Below, piece after piece: positions 20,984 through 31,944 of a stretch of 64,000 bases of DNA (within the stretch, counting starts at the first letter, position 1; each line of letters opens with the position of its first letter). Source of the DNA: Vulcanimicrobiota bacterium (GTDB taxonomy: Bacteria > Vulcanimicrobiota > Vulcanimicrobiia > Eremiobacterales > Eremiobacteraceae). Where the stretch lies: positions 192,001 through 256,000 of the forward strand of contig CAWDVP010000002.1 of the NCBI GenBank assembly GCA_963805945.1. Direction: 5' to 3'. The notes below the pieces were generated by a model. The model was given only the letters and a program-made list of their open reading frames with translations, was not told the origin of the DNA and searched no databases. A program made the translations under genes and the position numbers.

Positions 20984-21061
20984 AGTGCGGCCGCCTCATT
21001 TCGGGCGGGGCGACGGCTTCGCCTCCGGCGAATGCTTGCGCGGCATCTGACCCCCGCGTGA

Positions 21062-21089
21062 ATGTAGGGGCCGACCTTTAGGTCGGCCC
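21062..21089. repeat. REP-like palindrome, family A
   Basis: ATGTAGGGGCCGACCTTTAGGTCGGCCC. Confidence 0.8.
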
Positions 21090-21107
21090 GTCTAGGGAGA
21101 CCATTGC

Positions 21108-22851
21108 TTGACCAACTCGGACATCGCGGCTCGCCTCAACGAGATCGCCGCGCTCATGGAGTTCGACGACGAACCCTTCTTCAAGACGAAGGCGTACGAA
21201 CGTGCGGCGCGCAGCCTCGAGGATAGCGAGACGACCGCTGCGGCGATGATCGCCGCAGGCACACTCGAGGAACTGCCCGGCGTCGGCAAGGCCATCGCGC
21301 AGAAGATCGTCGACATCGAGCAGACCGGCACGTGCAAGTATCTCGAGGAGCTGCGCGCCAAGTTCCCGCCGACCGTGCTCGAGCTGCGTAGCGTGCCCGG
21401 CGTCGGCACGAAGACCGCGATCTCGATGTATCGCGAACTGGGCATCACCGGGCTGGCCGATCTGCGCCGCGCGGTCGAGGACGGCTCGATCGCGACGCTG
21501 CCGCGCCTCGGCGCCAAGGGCGTCGAGAATCTCAAGAGCGCGCTTGCCCGTCTGGTGGAGCGTTCGCATCGCATGCGCCTCGGCGACGCGTGGGAGATCA
21601 GCCACGGCATCGTCGCCGCGCTCGCCGATCCCGCCGCGCACGCCAAGAACGTCGTCGCCGCGGGCAGCCTGCGCCGCATGGAGCCCACGGTCGGCGACAT
21701 CGACATCATCTGCACGAGCGCGTCGCCCGAGAAGGCGCTCGACTTCTTCTGCGCGCTGGCCGGCGTCGAGAGCATCACCGCCAAGGGCGACACCAAGGCG
21801 ACGGTGTGGCTGCGCGCAGGGCATCTCCGCGGATCTGCGCGTCGTGCCGCATCGCTGCCTCGGCAACCTGCTGCAGCATTTCACCGGCAATAAGGACCAC
21901 AACGTCAAGCTGCGCGAGTTCGCCATCCGCAAAGGGCTCAAGGTGAGCGAGTGGGGCATCGAGACGGTGGAGACGGGCGTGGTGCGCACCACGACCACCG
22001 AAGAGGGCGTCTACAAGACGCTCGGCGCTCGATTACATCCCGCCGGAATTGCGCCAGGGCCTCGATGAGATCGATCTGGCGCGACGGCACGAACTGCCCG
22101 TGCTCGATCGAGATCGAAGACATCCGCGGCGACCTGCACGACCACACCACCTGGAGCGACGGCACGCGCAGCATCGAGCAGATGGCGCGCGCCGCGGCGG
22201 AGCGCGGGCTCACCTATCTCTCGATCTCGGACCACTCGCGCGGGCGCTCGGTCGGCAACGGGCTGTCGGTCGAGCGGCTGCGCGAGCAGATCGCCGAGGT
22301 GCGCTCGGTCGCGACGAAGTACGGCATCCGCCTGCTGTGCTCGTCGGAGGTGGACATCCGCGCCGACGGCTCGCTCGATTTCCCCGACGACGTGCTCGCC
22401 GACCTCGACATCGTCGTCGCCTCGATCCACTCGGGCTTCGCCGGCGATCGCGCCAAGCAGACGCAGCGCCTGCTGCGCGCGATCGAGAATCCATACGTGA
22501 ACATCATCGGGCATCCGACCGGCGCGCTCATCGAAGAGCGCGCGGGCTACGAGTTCGACGCGGAAGCGGTGTTCCGTGCCGCGGCCGCGAGCGGCACGGC
22601 GATGGAGATCAACGCGAACCCGGCGCGGCTGGACCTCTCAGCTACTGCGGCGGCGCGCGCCAAAGCGCTCGGGTGCACGCTCTCCATCGACACCGACGCG
22701 CACTCGTTTGAGGATCTCGACAACTTGCGTTTCGGGGTCGGCACCGCGCGGCGCGCCGGGCTGCGCGCGAGCGACGTGCTCAACGCGCGGCCGCTCGAAG
22801 GCGTGCTCGAGTTCGTGGCCGCCAAGCGCGCCACGAAGAGCGCGCGCCTAG
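21108..22851 (+). CDS. polX: DNA polymerase X with C-terminal PHP domain (frameshifted, end approximate)
   Basis: HhH motifs LPGVGKAIA, AGSLRR, GDIDI, HFTGNKDHN. PHP motifs GDLHDHTTWSDG, DHS, HPTG, TDAH. Confidence 0.9.
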
Positions 22852-23664
22852 CCCGCGTTCCTGATCGGACGAAGCCGCTCGAGCAATTCCGGCGGCGCTT
22901 CGAAGTTCGGATTGACGTAGGGTCCTTGGAACCAGCCGTGCCAATCGCTGCCGCACGAGTAGAGTTTGCCGCGGCGCAGCGCGAGGCCGCACAGCTCCGA
23001 GCGCCGATCGGGCTCGTAGCGCAGATACATCGCTTCCAAGCCATCGAGCTCCTCGAGCCAGCGCTGCGCGACGCCTTCGTCCACGAGTTCGGCCGGGTGC
23101 GCGAGGAAGGCGAGCCCGCCCGCGGCGCGCACGATCGCGGCCGCTTGGACGGGCGACGGCAGCGGCGCGTACGCCTCGGGCGGCAACGTCGCGAAGAACG
23201 CGCGGAACGCGGCGTGCACGCGCTGCGGATCGGCGTCAGCATAGCCGCGCTGGCACAGTCGCTCGACGAGCACGGGCAGCCGCACGGGATGATCGGCGAA
23301 ATCGCGCTGCCCAGTCGATGTCCACCCGTTGCGCGTGCAACGCCTCGACCCAGCGCCGCTGATTCGCATCCCAGACGTCGCGCGCGGTCCGGTTCGCGAA
23401 CGCGAGGTCTTCGTCGGCCCCGTCGACGTTGAGCCCGAGCACGTGGACGACGCGGCCGGCGTCGTAGGTCGTCATCTCGATGCCGCCGATGAAGCGGACG
23501 CCGCGCTCTCCCGCTCGCCGGCGCGCTTCCTCGTGCCCCGCGACGGTGTCGTGATCGGTGAGCGCGGCGAAGGCGACACCCGCGTCCGCGACCAGATCGA
23601 TGAGCGCGCTCGGGCTGCGTTCGCCGTCGCTGTGGTGGCTGTGGAGATGAAGGTCGCATAACAT
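22848..23664 (-). CDS. PHP-domain phosphoesterase (TrpH/YciV-like, frameshifted)
   Basis: DLHLHSHHSDG, LTDHDT, GIEM, HVLG, LAHP, GSDWHG. Confidence 0.85.
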
Positions 23665-23713
23665 AAGGCGGCGGGGATGCTTCGCGCCGGCGCGAGGCGA
23701 ATCTTCCGCCACT

Positions 23714-24829
23714 ATGAGCACATTTGTGAAGGCGGCCGTGTCGTCCGATGCGCGGACCTTGCCGCGGCAGTTCTACACCTCGCCGGAGATCTTCGCGCTC
23801 GAGCGCGAGCGCATCTTCGCCGACAACTGGATCTGCGTCGGGCGCGAGGAGCAGCTCGCCGCTCCCGGCAGCTTCTTCCTCGCCGATGTCGCGGGCGAGA
23901 GCCTCATCATCGTGCGCGATGCCGCCGGCGCGGTGCACGCGCACTTCAACGTCTGCCGCCATCGCGGCACGCGCATGTGCGAGACGCCCGCCGGACAGTT
24001 CAAGAGCTCGATCATGTGCCCGTACCACGCATGGACGTACGGCCTCGACGGGCAGCTCACCGCGGCGCGCAACATGCGCGAAGTGCCGGATTTCCAAGAG
24101 TCCGACTATCCCCTCAAGAGCGCGGCCGTCGCGCTGTGGCAAGGCTTCATCTTCATCGATCTCGCGCAAAACCCGAAACTGTTCGCCAAGGCGATGCCTT
24201 CTTTGGATAGCCGGTTCGACAAGTGGCGCATCGGCGCGCTGCGCGAGGCGCAGCATATCGACTACCTGCTCGCTTGCAACTGGAAGCTCGCGTTCCAGAA
24301 CTACTCCGAGTGCTATCATTGCCCGCTCGTCCACCCACAGCTCGACCGCGTGTCGCCATGGGATAGCGGCCGCAACGATCTCAACGAAGGCACCGTGCTC
24401 GGCGGCTTCATGTCGCTGCGTCATCCGGGCGGCAGCATGACGCTCTCTGGCGCGACCACGCGCAAACCGCTGCCCGGCCTGCCCGCGACGGAGCACGACC
24501 ACGTCTACTACTACACGGTGTTCCCGTCGATGCTGCTGAGCCTGCATCCGGATTACGTGATGGTGCACTACATGACGCCGCTCGGCGTCGATCGCACCGC
24601 GGTGCGCTGCGCGTGGCTCTTCGACCAAGATGAGATGAAGCGCCCCGGCTTCGATCCGAGCGACGCGGTCGAGTTCTGGGATATCACCAACCGCCAGGAC
24701 TGGCACGTGTGCGAACTCTCGCAATTGGGCGTCAGCTCGCGCGCGTACACGCCCGGTCCGTACGCGCAGGCCGAAGGCGTGCTGCACGCGTTTGACCGGT
24801 ACTATCTCGGACAGATCGGGCCGGTTTGA
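23714..24829 (+). CDS. Rieske non-heme iron oxygenase alpha subunit (glycine betaine/choline monooxygenase-like)
   Basis: CRHRG...CPYHAW Rieske motif and NWK...ECYHC...HP iron site. Confidence 0.88.
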   Translation: MSTFVKAAVSSDARTLPRQFYTSPEIFALERERIFADNWICVGREEQLAAPGSFFLADVAGESLIIVRDAAGAVHAHFNVCRHRGTRMCETPAGQFKSSIMCPYHAWTYGLDGQLTAARNMREVPDFQESDYPLKSAAVALWQGFIFIDLAQNPKLFAKAMPSLDSRFDKWRIGALREAQHIDYLLACNWKLAFQNYSECYHCPLVHPQLDRVSPWDSGRNDLNEGTVLGGFMSLRHPGGSMTLSGATTRKPLPGLPATEHDHVYYYTVFPSMLLSLHPDYVMVHYMTPLGVDRTAVRCAWLFDQDEMKRPGFDPSDAVEFWDITNRQDWHVCELSQLGVSSRAYTPGPYAQAEGVLHAFDRYYLGQIGPV

Positions 24830-25302
24830 TGATGCCGCTGCTCGGCGTGCTGCTGCTGCTCGCGGCGGGTGCGCCGGCCGACTTCAGCTCCATGCAGTTC
24901 GAGGTCGGCACGTGGAACTGCACCGGCAAGACGGTCAATGGCGATGCGTTCGGCGCGGCCAAGATCGTCGAGATGTCCGCGGATGGCAACCATATGCTCA
25001 TCCGCGCCGCCGACAAGAAAGCCGGCGGCACGATCGACATGTCATACGACGCGACGCGCGGCGTGTGGGTAGAGAAGGCATCAGGCGCTAACGACTCGCA
25101 CTCCGAGGGCACCTCACCAGGCTGGGTCGCCGACAAACTTGTGTTCGTCGGGCAGACCATCTACCCGAGCCTCGCGCCGATCGACTACCGCATCACGACG
25201 ATCAAGTTGAGCGACACCGCCACCACGGAGATCGAAGAGCTCAAGAAGAGCGCGGGCGGGTGGCTCGAGGTAGCGCGCGCGCATTGCGACAAGGCTCCCT
25301 GA
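24829..25302 (+). CDS. Hypothetical secreted protein
   Basis: Signal peptide and GTWNCTG. Coupled to the oxygenase stop. Confidence 0.65.
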   Translation: MMPLLGVLLLLAAGAPADFSSMQFEVGTWNCTGKTVNGDAFGAAKIVEMSADGNHMLIRAADKKAGGTIDMSYDATRGVWVEKASGANDSHSEGTSPGWVADKLVFVGQTIYPSLAPIDYRITTIKLSDTATTEIEELKKSAGGWLEVARAHCDKAP

Positions 25303-25312
25303 CGCGCGGCTC

Positions 25313-25339
25313 ATGGAGCGGTCGAATTTATTCGACCGC
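25313..25339. repeat. REP-like palindrome, family B
   Basis: ATGGAGCGGTCGAATTTATTCGACCGC. Confidence 0.75.
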
Positions 25340-25395
25340 CGGCGATCTCCGCGCGCACTTGACTCGACGCAACGGCATCTCTTAAGATGGTGGAT

Positions 25396-26121
25396 ATGAT
25401 GAGACGTATGGCCACCACATTTGTGTTAGTCTTGGCATGCGCATCATGCACATCGGCACCGCGCTTTCAAGCGCCGGGTCCGGCAGTGACCACAACCCTC
25501 GCCATCCCGGTTCCAGCTGCGGCGGTCAACGGTGCGATGGACTCGCTCCGACGATTGGCGGCAGAAAACCGGGCTAAGTATCCCGACATTCGAACGAACA
25601 TCTCCGTCTATCCCGAGTTCGGTCCCCAAGGCTCAACGGTTGTTGCCGGGCCCGATCGGTACGCGGCGGCGCTGGATGACGCGCACAAGAAGGCGGAGGG
25701 GATCACTCGCAGGCTCGGTGTCTCATTGGGGCCCGTCCAATCAGTCGAAGAGATTCTGTATGGAGCGGCGCCACGGTACTCGCCGCTTAAGGGTGCCGCG
25801 CCGGCTCCCGCGTATCCAAGCGTGAACGTGGCCGCGAATCAGCCGGTCATCCTCTACGTCGTCTACAACCTGGCTAGCTCCCCCGCCGCAACGGGAGTGC
25901 CCCATCTGATCGCCGTGTACGGGATGACCCCGCTCGGCAGCGAGGCGCGACAGAGTCAAGTGCAAGTGATCAACGTGAACCTGAACGCCGGCGGAAGGAC
26001 ACTCGATGAAGCGAGTAAGGCGGAGCAGGCATATGAAGATTTGATCAGGGAGAGGATGCGGCCGATGTTGGCACCGGGCTCTGATATCACGACGACGAAC
26101 GTCTCGTCGTTCGGGGGGTAA
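25396..26121 (+). CDS. Putative lipoprotein, SIMPL/DUF541-like
   Basis: Hydrophobic N-terminus with Cys. ALDDAHKKAEGITRRLGVSLGPVQSVEE resembles the SIMPL motif. Confidence 0.5.
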   Translation: MMRRMATTFVLVLACASCTSAPRFQAPGPAVTTTLAIPVPAAAVNGAMDSLRRLAAENRAKYPDIRTNISVYPEFGPQGSTVVAGPDRYAAALDDAHKKAEGITRRLGVSLGPVQSVEEILYGAAPRYSPLKGAAPAPAYPSVNVAANQPVILYVVYNLASSPAATGVPHLIAVYGMTPLGSEARQSQVQVINVNLNAGGRTLDEASKAEQAYEDLIRERMRPMLAPGSDITTTNVSSFGG

Positions 26122-26127
26122 GCGAGC

Positions 26128-27598
26128 GTGCGGCGCGTTCTCGTCGCCGCGCTTGCTGCAGCCGCCTTCTCCGCGCCGGTCGCCGTACCGGCCGCAACGC
26201 TTCAAGCCACGGTTGATTCGATCGCCGCGCAGGCACCGATGAGCCACGCGAATCTCGGCGTCTTCGCGATCGAGGCTTCCTCTGGCAAGGTGCTCGCATC
26301 GCACAGCGCGGATCGCGACTTCATCCCAGCGTCGACGTTCAAAGTTCTGCTGTCCGCCACCGCGTTGCATGTCTTAGGCCCGCAGTTCCGGTTCAAGACG
26401 ATGCTGTTCGCGCGCGGCACGATCGACGGTAGCGTGCTCGACGGCGACCTCATCCTCGTCGGCGGCGGCGATCCAGTGCTGACGACGCAAGATCTTAGCG
26501 CGGCCGCGGCTGCGGTGACGAGCGCCGGCATCCGCGAGGTGCGCGGTTCGCTGCTCGCCGACGCGTCGCTGTTCGACCAGCGCCGTTGGGGGCCGGATTG
26601 GGCGTGGGATGGCACGCCGTTCTACTACGAGGCACCGATCCAAGCGCTCGCCGCTGACGAAGGCACCATCGGCGTCATCATTAGACCCGGCGCGCGCACG
26701 GGTGACCTTGTCGGCGCAAGTCTGCTCCCGCCGAGCGCGGACTACACGATCGCGTCGCGAGCCGTCATGGGCACCGGGCCGTACGAGGACCCCGCGCGTT
26801 GTTCGCGCCGCATCGGCACCACGCAGATCCTCATCGTCGGGCGCATGCCCGTGGGCGCGTCACAAGAGACGCTGCATTGCGCGGTCGAGGACACGGCGGA
26901 GCACGCGGTCGGGATCCTGCGCAGCGAGCTCGGCAGCGCCGGCGTCCGCGTCGGCACAAAGCCCGCCGGCCCGCTGCCGCCGAACACGCCGCTCGATGTC
27001 ATCGACGACAGCCCGTTGCCGAAGGCGCCTTCTTCTTATGGCCGGCCGCTGTGGGTCCATGAATCGCCGCCGCTCATCGACCAGCTGCGCACGATGCTGC
27101 CGAAGAGCGACAACTTCATCGCTGAGCACCTGCTCAAGATGCTCGCGGTGAAACACTTCGAGCAGCGCGGCAATTTCATCGGTGGCGCCACCGTCGAGCA
27201 GCGCTTCGCGGTGCAGCAGCTCGGCATCGATACGGATTCGCTCGACGTCGAGGATGGCTCCGGGCTTTCAGCTGCCGACCGCATCACGCCGCACGATCTC
27301 GTCACGATTTTGCGCTGGACGGCAGCCGCAGCCGTTCGGCAGCGATTTCATCAATGCGCTGCCGCGCGCCGGCATGGAGGGGACGCTTGCGAACCGGCTC
27401 ACCGGCACCGATGCGGTGGGCCGCGTGCACGCCAAGTCCGGCTACATGCAGCATAGCATCGCGCTCGCGGGCTACGCCGACACGCTGCATCACGGCCGGG
27501 TGATCTTCGCGGTCATGGTCAACGACGCGACCGGACCCGACGGACCGTTCTTCGATCTCGAAGACGAGATCGTCGCGCGGCTGGTGGACCTGCCCTAG
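26128..27598 (+). CDS. dacB: D-alanyl-D-alanine carboxypeptidase/endopeptidase PBP4 (frameshifted)
   Basis: PASTFK, GGGDP, SDN, DGSGLS, AKSG. Confidence 0.9.
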
Positions 27599-28334
27599 CT
27601 CCCGAACCGCCTCTGGCGTTGCTGGAACTCCGCGATCGCCGCGATGAACTCATCGCGCGAGAACTCGGGCCAGCAGACGTCGGTGACGTAGAGCTCGGTG
27701 TACGCGCACTGGTAGAGCAAGAAGTTCGAGAGCCGGTGCTCGCCGCCGGGCCTGATGAGCAGATCCGGATCGGGCAGCCCCTTGGTGTAGAGATACTGGC
27801 CGATGGTGTCTTCATCGATCGATTCGAGGTCCGAACGCCCGTCCGCACATCCTCCGCGATGGCCGCGACGGCATCGCGCAATTCGGTGCGCGCGCTGTAG
27901 TTGACGGCGAGATTGAGGACGGTGCCGGTGTTGCCGGCGGTCTTCGCGACCAGATGCTCGAGCGCGCGGCGGGGCTTCTCGGGCAGCACTTCGTATTTGC
28001 CGATGACGCGCACGCGCACGTTGTCGCGGTTCAGCCCGTCGAGCTCCTGATATGCGAACGCGCTGCACAGCTCGAACAGGATCGAGATCTCCGCCCACGG
28101 GCGCGACCAGTTCTCTTCGGAAAAGCCGTACACTGTGAGCAGCGGGATCTTCAGGTCGCGCGCCATACGCACCGCTTCACGCAGGCTGGCGATGCCGCGG
28201 CGGTAGCCTTCCGCCACCGGCAGGTTGTGCTCGCGCGCCCAACGGCGGTTGCCGTCCATGATGATGGCGACGTGCGTCGGGATCGGCGCCGGTTCGAGCG
28301 CGATGAGGCGCGGCGTTGCTTTGCTCGAGATCAT
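27595..28334 (-). CDS. uppS: cis-prenyltransferase (frameshifted)
   Basis: HVAIIMDGNRRWA, FSEENWSR, PDPDLLIR, RLSNFLLYQ, RRFG. Confidence 0.88.
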
Positions 28335-28732
28335 GTGGTCGCCAGCCTTGCCGAGCGGCGCGCGTCCGCGTTGGACTTCTGGTGGACATCGCGTACGACC
28401 GATTCGAGCTCGTCGATGTAGGAGAGGAAGCGCGTGCGGCCGGTGTGCGTGATGCGGCAGATGGTCGTCGGCCGGCCGTGGCCCGTCTCCTTGGTGATGG
28501 TGACGACGTCCATCTCGGCAAGCGCGGCGAGATGCCGGCTGAGGTTGCCGTCGGTCAAGCCGCACGCGTCTTGCAGATCCGTGAAGCTCAAGCCCTCGGG
28601 ATGCGCGACGAGGCAGGTGCAGACCGCCAGCCTGCCGCGCTCGTGGAAGATGCGTTGCAGGCCGTTATAGGCGTACGGCGCTTCGGTGCCGTTGAGGCGC
28701 GGCGCTTTCTTGGCCGCTTTGCGAGTGTTCAT
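28331..28732 (-). CDS. Winged-helix transcriptional regulator (ArsR/MarR-like)
   Basis: IFHERGRL, LSFTDL, LTDGNLSRHL, GRPTT. Confidence 0.85.
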   Translation of the reverse strand: MNTRKAAKKAPRLNGTEAPYAYNGLQRIFHERGRLAVCTCLVAHPEGLSFTDLQDACGLTDGNLSRHLAALAEMDVVTITKETGHGRPTTICRITHTGRTRFLSYIDELESVVRDVHQKSNADARRSARLATT

Positions 28733-29349
28733 GATATCTCCGATGGCGTGAGGGTTTCGCCGGCGATGAGCCAGCCGATCCAGAATTGTCCGAGCGCGAA
28801 GCCGGATGCCATGACCCACCACGCGAGCGCGGGCCATTGGTTCGGCAAGAGCAGCAGCAAGGCGCCCACCAGACCGAACATGGCGGCGACGTACATGACG
28901 CCCTTCGGTATGAGCGTGCGCGATGCGAACAGACCGAGACCGTAGCAGGCGTACCAGATACCGGGCAGCATGGCTGGGATGTGCTGGAGGTAGACCGCCA
29001 GACTGAGGACGGCGCCCAGGCCGATCGCGGGCAGGATGCTCAGGCTGACGGTGCGCGATTGATAGCGCGCGTGCCGGCCTTGGTGGCGTGCGAACCAGAT
29101 GAGCAGGTTGCCGTAGTAGACCGCCAGCGCGGCGGCCAGGCACGATAACCAGATGGCGAGATAGGAATGGACATCGGCGTCCGTGCGCGGGTGGGGCACG
29201 ATAACCAGCTGCGCCAGGCCGCCGACCAGGGCGATGCCACCGCTGATGACGGCGACCCCGCTCGAGTAGCCGCGGAAGCGCTGGACGCTGGCCAGCCGGT
29301 CGCGGACCTCGCCGAGATCAGCGAGCGCCCGTTCGACTTCGACGTTCAT
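28729..29349 (-). CDS. Hypothetical membrane protein
   Basis: About six hydrophobic segments. Overlaps the regulator start (ATGA). Confidence 0.75.
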   Translation of the reverse strand: MNVEVERALADLGEVRDRLASVQRFRGYSSGVAVISGGIALVGGLAQLVIVPHPRTDADVHSYLAIWLSCLAAALAVYYGNLLIWFARHQGRHARYQSRTVSLSILPAIGLGAVLSLAVYLQHIPAMLPGIWYACYGLGLFASRTLIPKGVMYVAAMFGLVGALLLLLPNQWPALAWWVMASGFALGQFWIGWLIAGETLTPSEIS

Positions 29350-29356
29350 GTCCTAT

Positions 29357-29373
29357 ACTTTGTACCACAAAGT
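29357..29373. promoter_or_regulatory. Palindromic operator ACTTTGT-N3-ACAAAGT
   Basis: Perfect 7-3-7 inverted repeat immediately upstream of the membrane protein-regulator-uppS operon. Confidence 0.6.
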
Positions 29374-29404
29374 CATGCGGAATGCAACCAATTTGGTCTG
29401 AGAT

Positions 29405-30559
29405 TCAGTGGTGGGCGTGCGCGTGCTCTGATCCCGTCCGGTTCGCCCACCAGATGAGCGCCAGCACCCCCGCCACGAAGATGATATTGAGCACGGCGGT
29501 GTAGTCGAATTTGAGCTGCTCGACCTGCATGAGCAGGTCGCCCGTCGCCACCGGGATGTTGCCCGTCCAGGCGAAGGCCAACTCGACCACGAGGCCCGCG
29601 ATCACCATCGAGAGATAGAATACGCCGGTCATCGACAGCGCGAGTTTCCAGCCGTAGTACTTGCGGTATATGTCGATGAGCGGCAGCACGATGAGATCGG
29701 CGTATAGGAACGCGACGACGCCGCCGAAGCTCGCGCCGCCGTGCCACAGGACCGCAGCCAGCGGCACGTTGCCGATCGAGCACACGAAGCTCAAGATGGC
29801 GATGATCGGTCCGACGAGCGCGTTTTCGATGGTGCGCCAGAGCGGCGGCGCGTTGGTCACGAACAGATGGCCCCACCATGCGTCCGGGATCGCCACCGCG
29901 AGAAAGCCCGCTATGATGAAACCTAGGATGAGGTCGTTGCGCAACATCGACCAGTCCATCTGGAAGTAGTGCGCGACGTAGCGCCAGCCTTCGGGCGAGC
30001 GCAGCTTCTCCCCGAATGTGTTGCCGGGCGTGAGCATGTCGCCGTGATCGTGCTCGTGCTCGCCGTCCGCCTCTTCCACATGCGCCCGGCCTTCTTCGAT
30101 GACGCGCTTCGAGAGCAGCAGCCGCGCGAGCAGCACGAAGACCGCGATGAGGACAAAACCGCCGATCCACTCGGCCGCGACGAACGGCCAGCCCATGAGG
30201 CGCCACAGCACCAATCCCAGCTCGATGACGAGATTGGTCGAGGCGAACATGAAGACCATCGCGGTCGTGAATGCGGCGCCGCGCTTGAAGATCGATTTAG
30301 CCGTCGCGGCAGCCGCATAGCTGCACGAGGAGCTCGCCGCGCCCAGTCCCGTGGCGATCGCGATCTCGCGCAGACCCACTCGGCCCAGCAAGCGCGACAG
30401 GCCGTCCTTAGGGACGTATGCCTGGACCATCGCCGACGCGAGGAAGCCCAGCAGCAGCGACCACAGCACCACCCAGAACATCGCCGCGGACGCAAGCAGC
30501 CAGTGCCAGACGAACAGCACCGGGCCGGAAAGCGCGCCGAGCGCGGCGGTGGTCGACAT
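29405..30559 (-). CDS. Predicted permease (DUF318/ArsP-like)
   Basis: SSSCSY, FASTNLVIE, FVCSIGNVP, His-rich loop. Confidence 0.8.
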   Translation of the reverse strand: MSTTAALGALSGPVLFVWHWLLASAAMFWVVLWSLLLGFLASAMVQAYVPKDGLSRLLGRVGLREIAIATGLGAASSSCSYAAAATAKSIFKRGAAFTTAMVFMFASTNLVIELGLVLWRLMGWPFVAAEWIGGFVLIAVFVLLARLLLSKRVIEEGRAHVEEADGEHEHDHGDMLTPGNTFGEKLRSPEGWRYVAHYFQMDWSMLRNDLILGFIIAGFLAVAIPDAWWGHLFVTNAPPLWRTIENALVGPIIAILSFVCSIGNVPLAAVLWHGGASFGGVVAFLYADLIVLPLIDIYRKYYGWKLALSMTGVFYLSMVIAGLVVELAFAWTGNIPVATGDLLMQVEQLKFDYTAVLNIIFVAGVLALIWWANRTGSEHAHAHH

Positions 30560-30759
30560 TTGGCTAGTCCCTCTCCTTGGGGCGCGGCAAAACGCTGGAC
30601 AAGTGCACGGATTAGCCGGCCGTGCCGCAAGCGTATAGTAGGAGCAGACCGCGTTTTCTTGCTGCCGCGCGCTTCACCCGCCGAGAGGGCCTGCGAGGGC
30701 TGTACCGGCAGCGCGCGGAAAGCGTGGAAAAGTCGACATCGAGAGGAGACGCTGCGCAC

Positions 30760-31731
30760 ATGGACCTCGAGAAGCTCATCATCTACCGGGGCGGCAGTTT
30801 CGTGCCGTACGGGCAAGCCAAGGTCGGCGTTCTCACGCACGGCCTTAATTATGGCACCGGCTGTTTTGAGGGCATACGAGGCTACTGGAACGCGACGGCG
30901 GGCCAGCTCTACTTCTTCCGCCTGCTCGAGCACTACGAGCGGCTCGCGGCGTCTGCCAAGTTTCTGCTCATCGATCTCCCCGAGTCGGCGGAGAAGCTGT
31001 GCGCGCGCACGGCCGAACTGGCGCGGCGCAACGACTTGCATCAGGATCTGTACGTCCGGCCGCTCGCGTATAAGAGCGCCGAAGAGATCGGCGTGCGCCT
31101 GCACAAGGTCGATGACGAGTTCACCATCACCGCGGTGCCGCACAAGGCCTACTTCGACGCTTCCCAGGGCCTGCGCACGTGCGTCTCCTCGTGGCGGCGC
31201 ATCGACGACAACGTCGCGCCGGCACGCGCCAAGCTGACCGGCATCTACATCAATTCAGCGCTCGCCAAGACCGAAGCGGTGAGCAACGGCTTCGACGAAG
31301 CGATTATGCTCAACGGCGAAGGTCATGTGGCCGAAGGTAGCGCGCAGAACATCTTCATCGTGCGCGGCGGTGTTGCGATCACCCCGCCTGTGAGCGACGG
31401 CATCCTCGAAGGTATCACCCGGCGGACGATCATGGACTTGTGCAAGAGCGAGCTCGGCATCGAAGTCGTCGAACGTTCGGTCGACCGCAGCGAACTTTAT
31501 GTGGCAGACGAGATATTCTTGGCCGGCACGGCCGTCGAAGTGGCGCCTGTCGTCGAGGTGGACCACCGCCCGGTCGGCGGCGGCAAGGTCGGGCCTAAGT
31601 CAGCGGCGCTAAGGGATTTGTACCGAAAAGCCACGCTCGGCGAGCTCAAAGGCTACCGCCATTGGCTCACCCCGACCTACGATGTGGCGTCAACGCCTCG
31701 AATCCACCAGGCGGAAAAGGCAGCTTCTTAG
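30760..31731 (+). CDS. ilvE: Branched-chain amino acid aminotransferase
   Basis: HGLNYGTGCFEGIR, AKLTG, EGSAQNIF, ILEGITR, GTAVEV. Confidence 0.92.
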   Translation: MDLEKLIIYRGGSFVPYGQAKVGVLTHGLNYGTGCFEGIRGYWNATAGQLYFFRLLEHYERLAASAKFLLIDLPESAEKLCARTAELARRNDLHQDLYVRPLAYKSAEEIGVRLHKVDDEFTITAVPHKAYFDASQGLRTCVSSWRRIDDNVAPARAKLTGIYINSALAKTEAVSNGFDEAIMLNGEGHVAEGSAQNIFIVRGGVAITPPVSDGILEGITRRTIMDLCKSELGIEVVERSVDRSELYVADEIFLAGTAVEVAPVVEVDHRPVGGGKVGPKSAALRDLYRKATLGELKGYRHWLTPTYDVASTPRIHQAEKAAS

Positions 31732-31750
31732 GGAATTCGCGACTTCTGCA

Positions 31751-31799
31751 TTGCGGGAGCGGGCAAGCACGCCGTATAATTGGTGTGACCGGCGTCACA
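31751..31799 (+). promoter_or_regulatory. Sigma70-like promoter followed by a perfect CRP-type box
   Basis: TTGCGG-N18-TATAAT (31751-31780), then TGTGA-CCGGCG-TCACA (31784-31799). Confidence 0.65.
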
Positions 31800-31944
31800 T
31801 TGTGGCGTCGAAACCAATTGAATGCCCATTGTTGGCCCGGATCTTGAGCTGAAATGTTTGGTAGAACATAGCCAAGAGACGGTTCGCAGTGGTATCGTCA
31901 ACAGCACTTGGGGGGCTGATTCCACATCTTCAGCCTTAGTTAGC

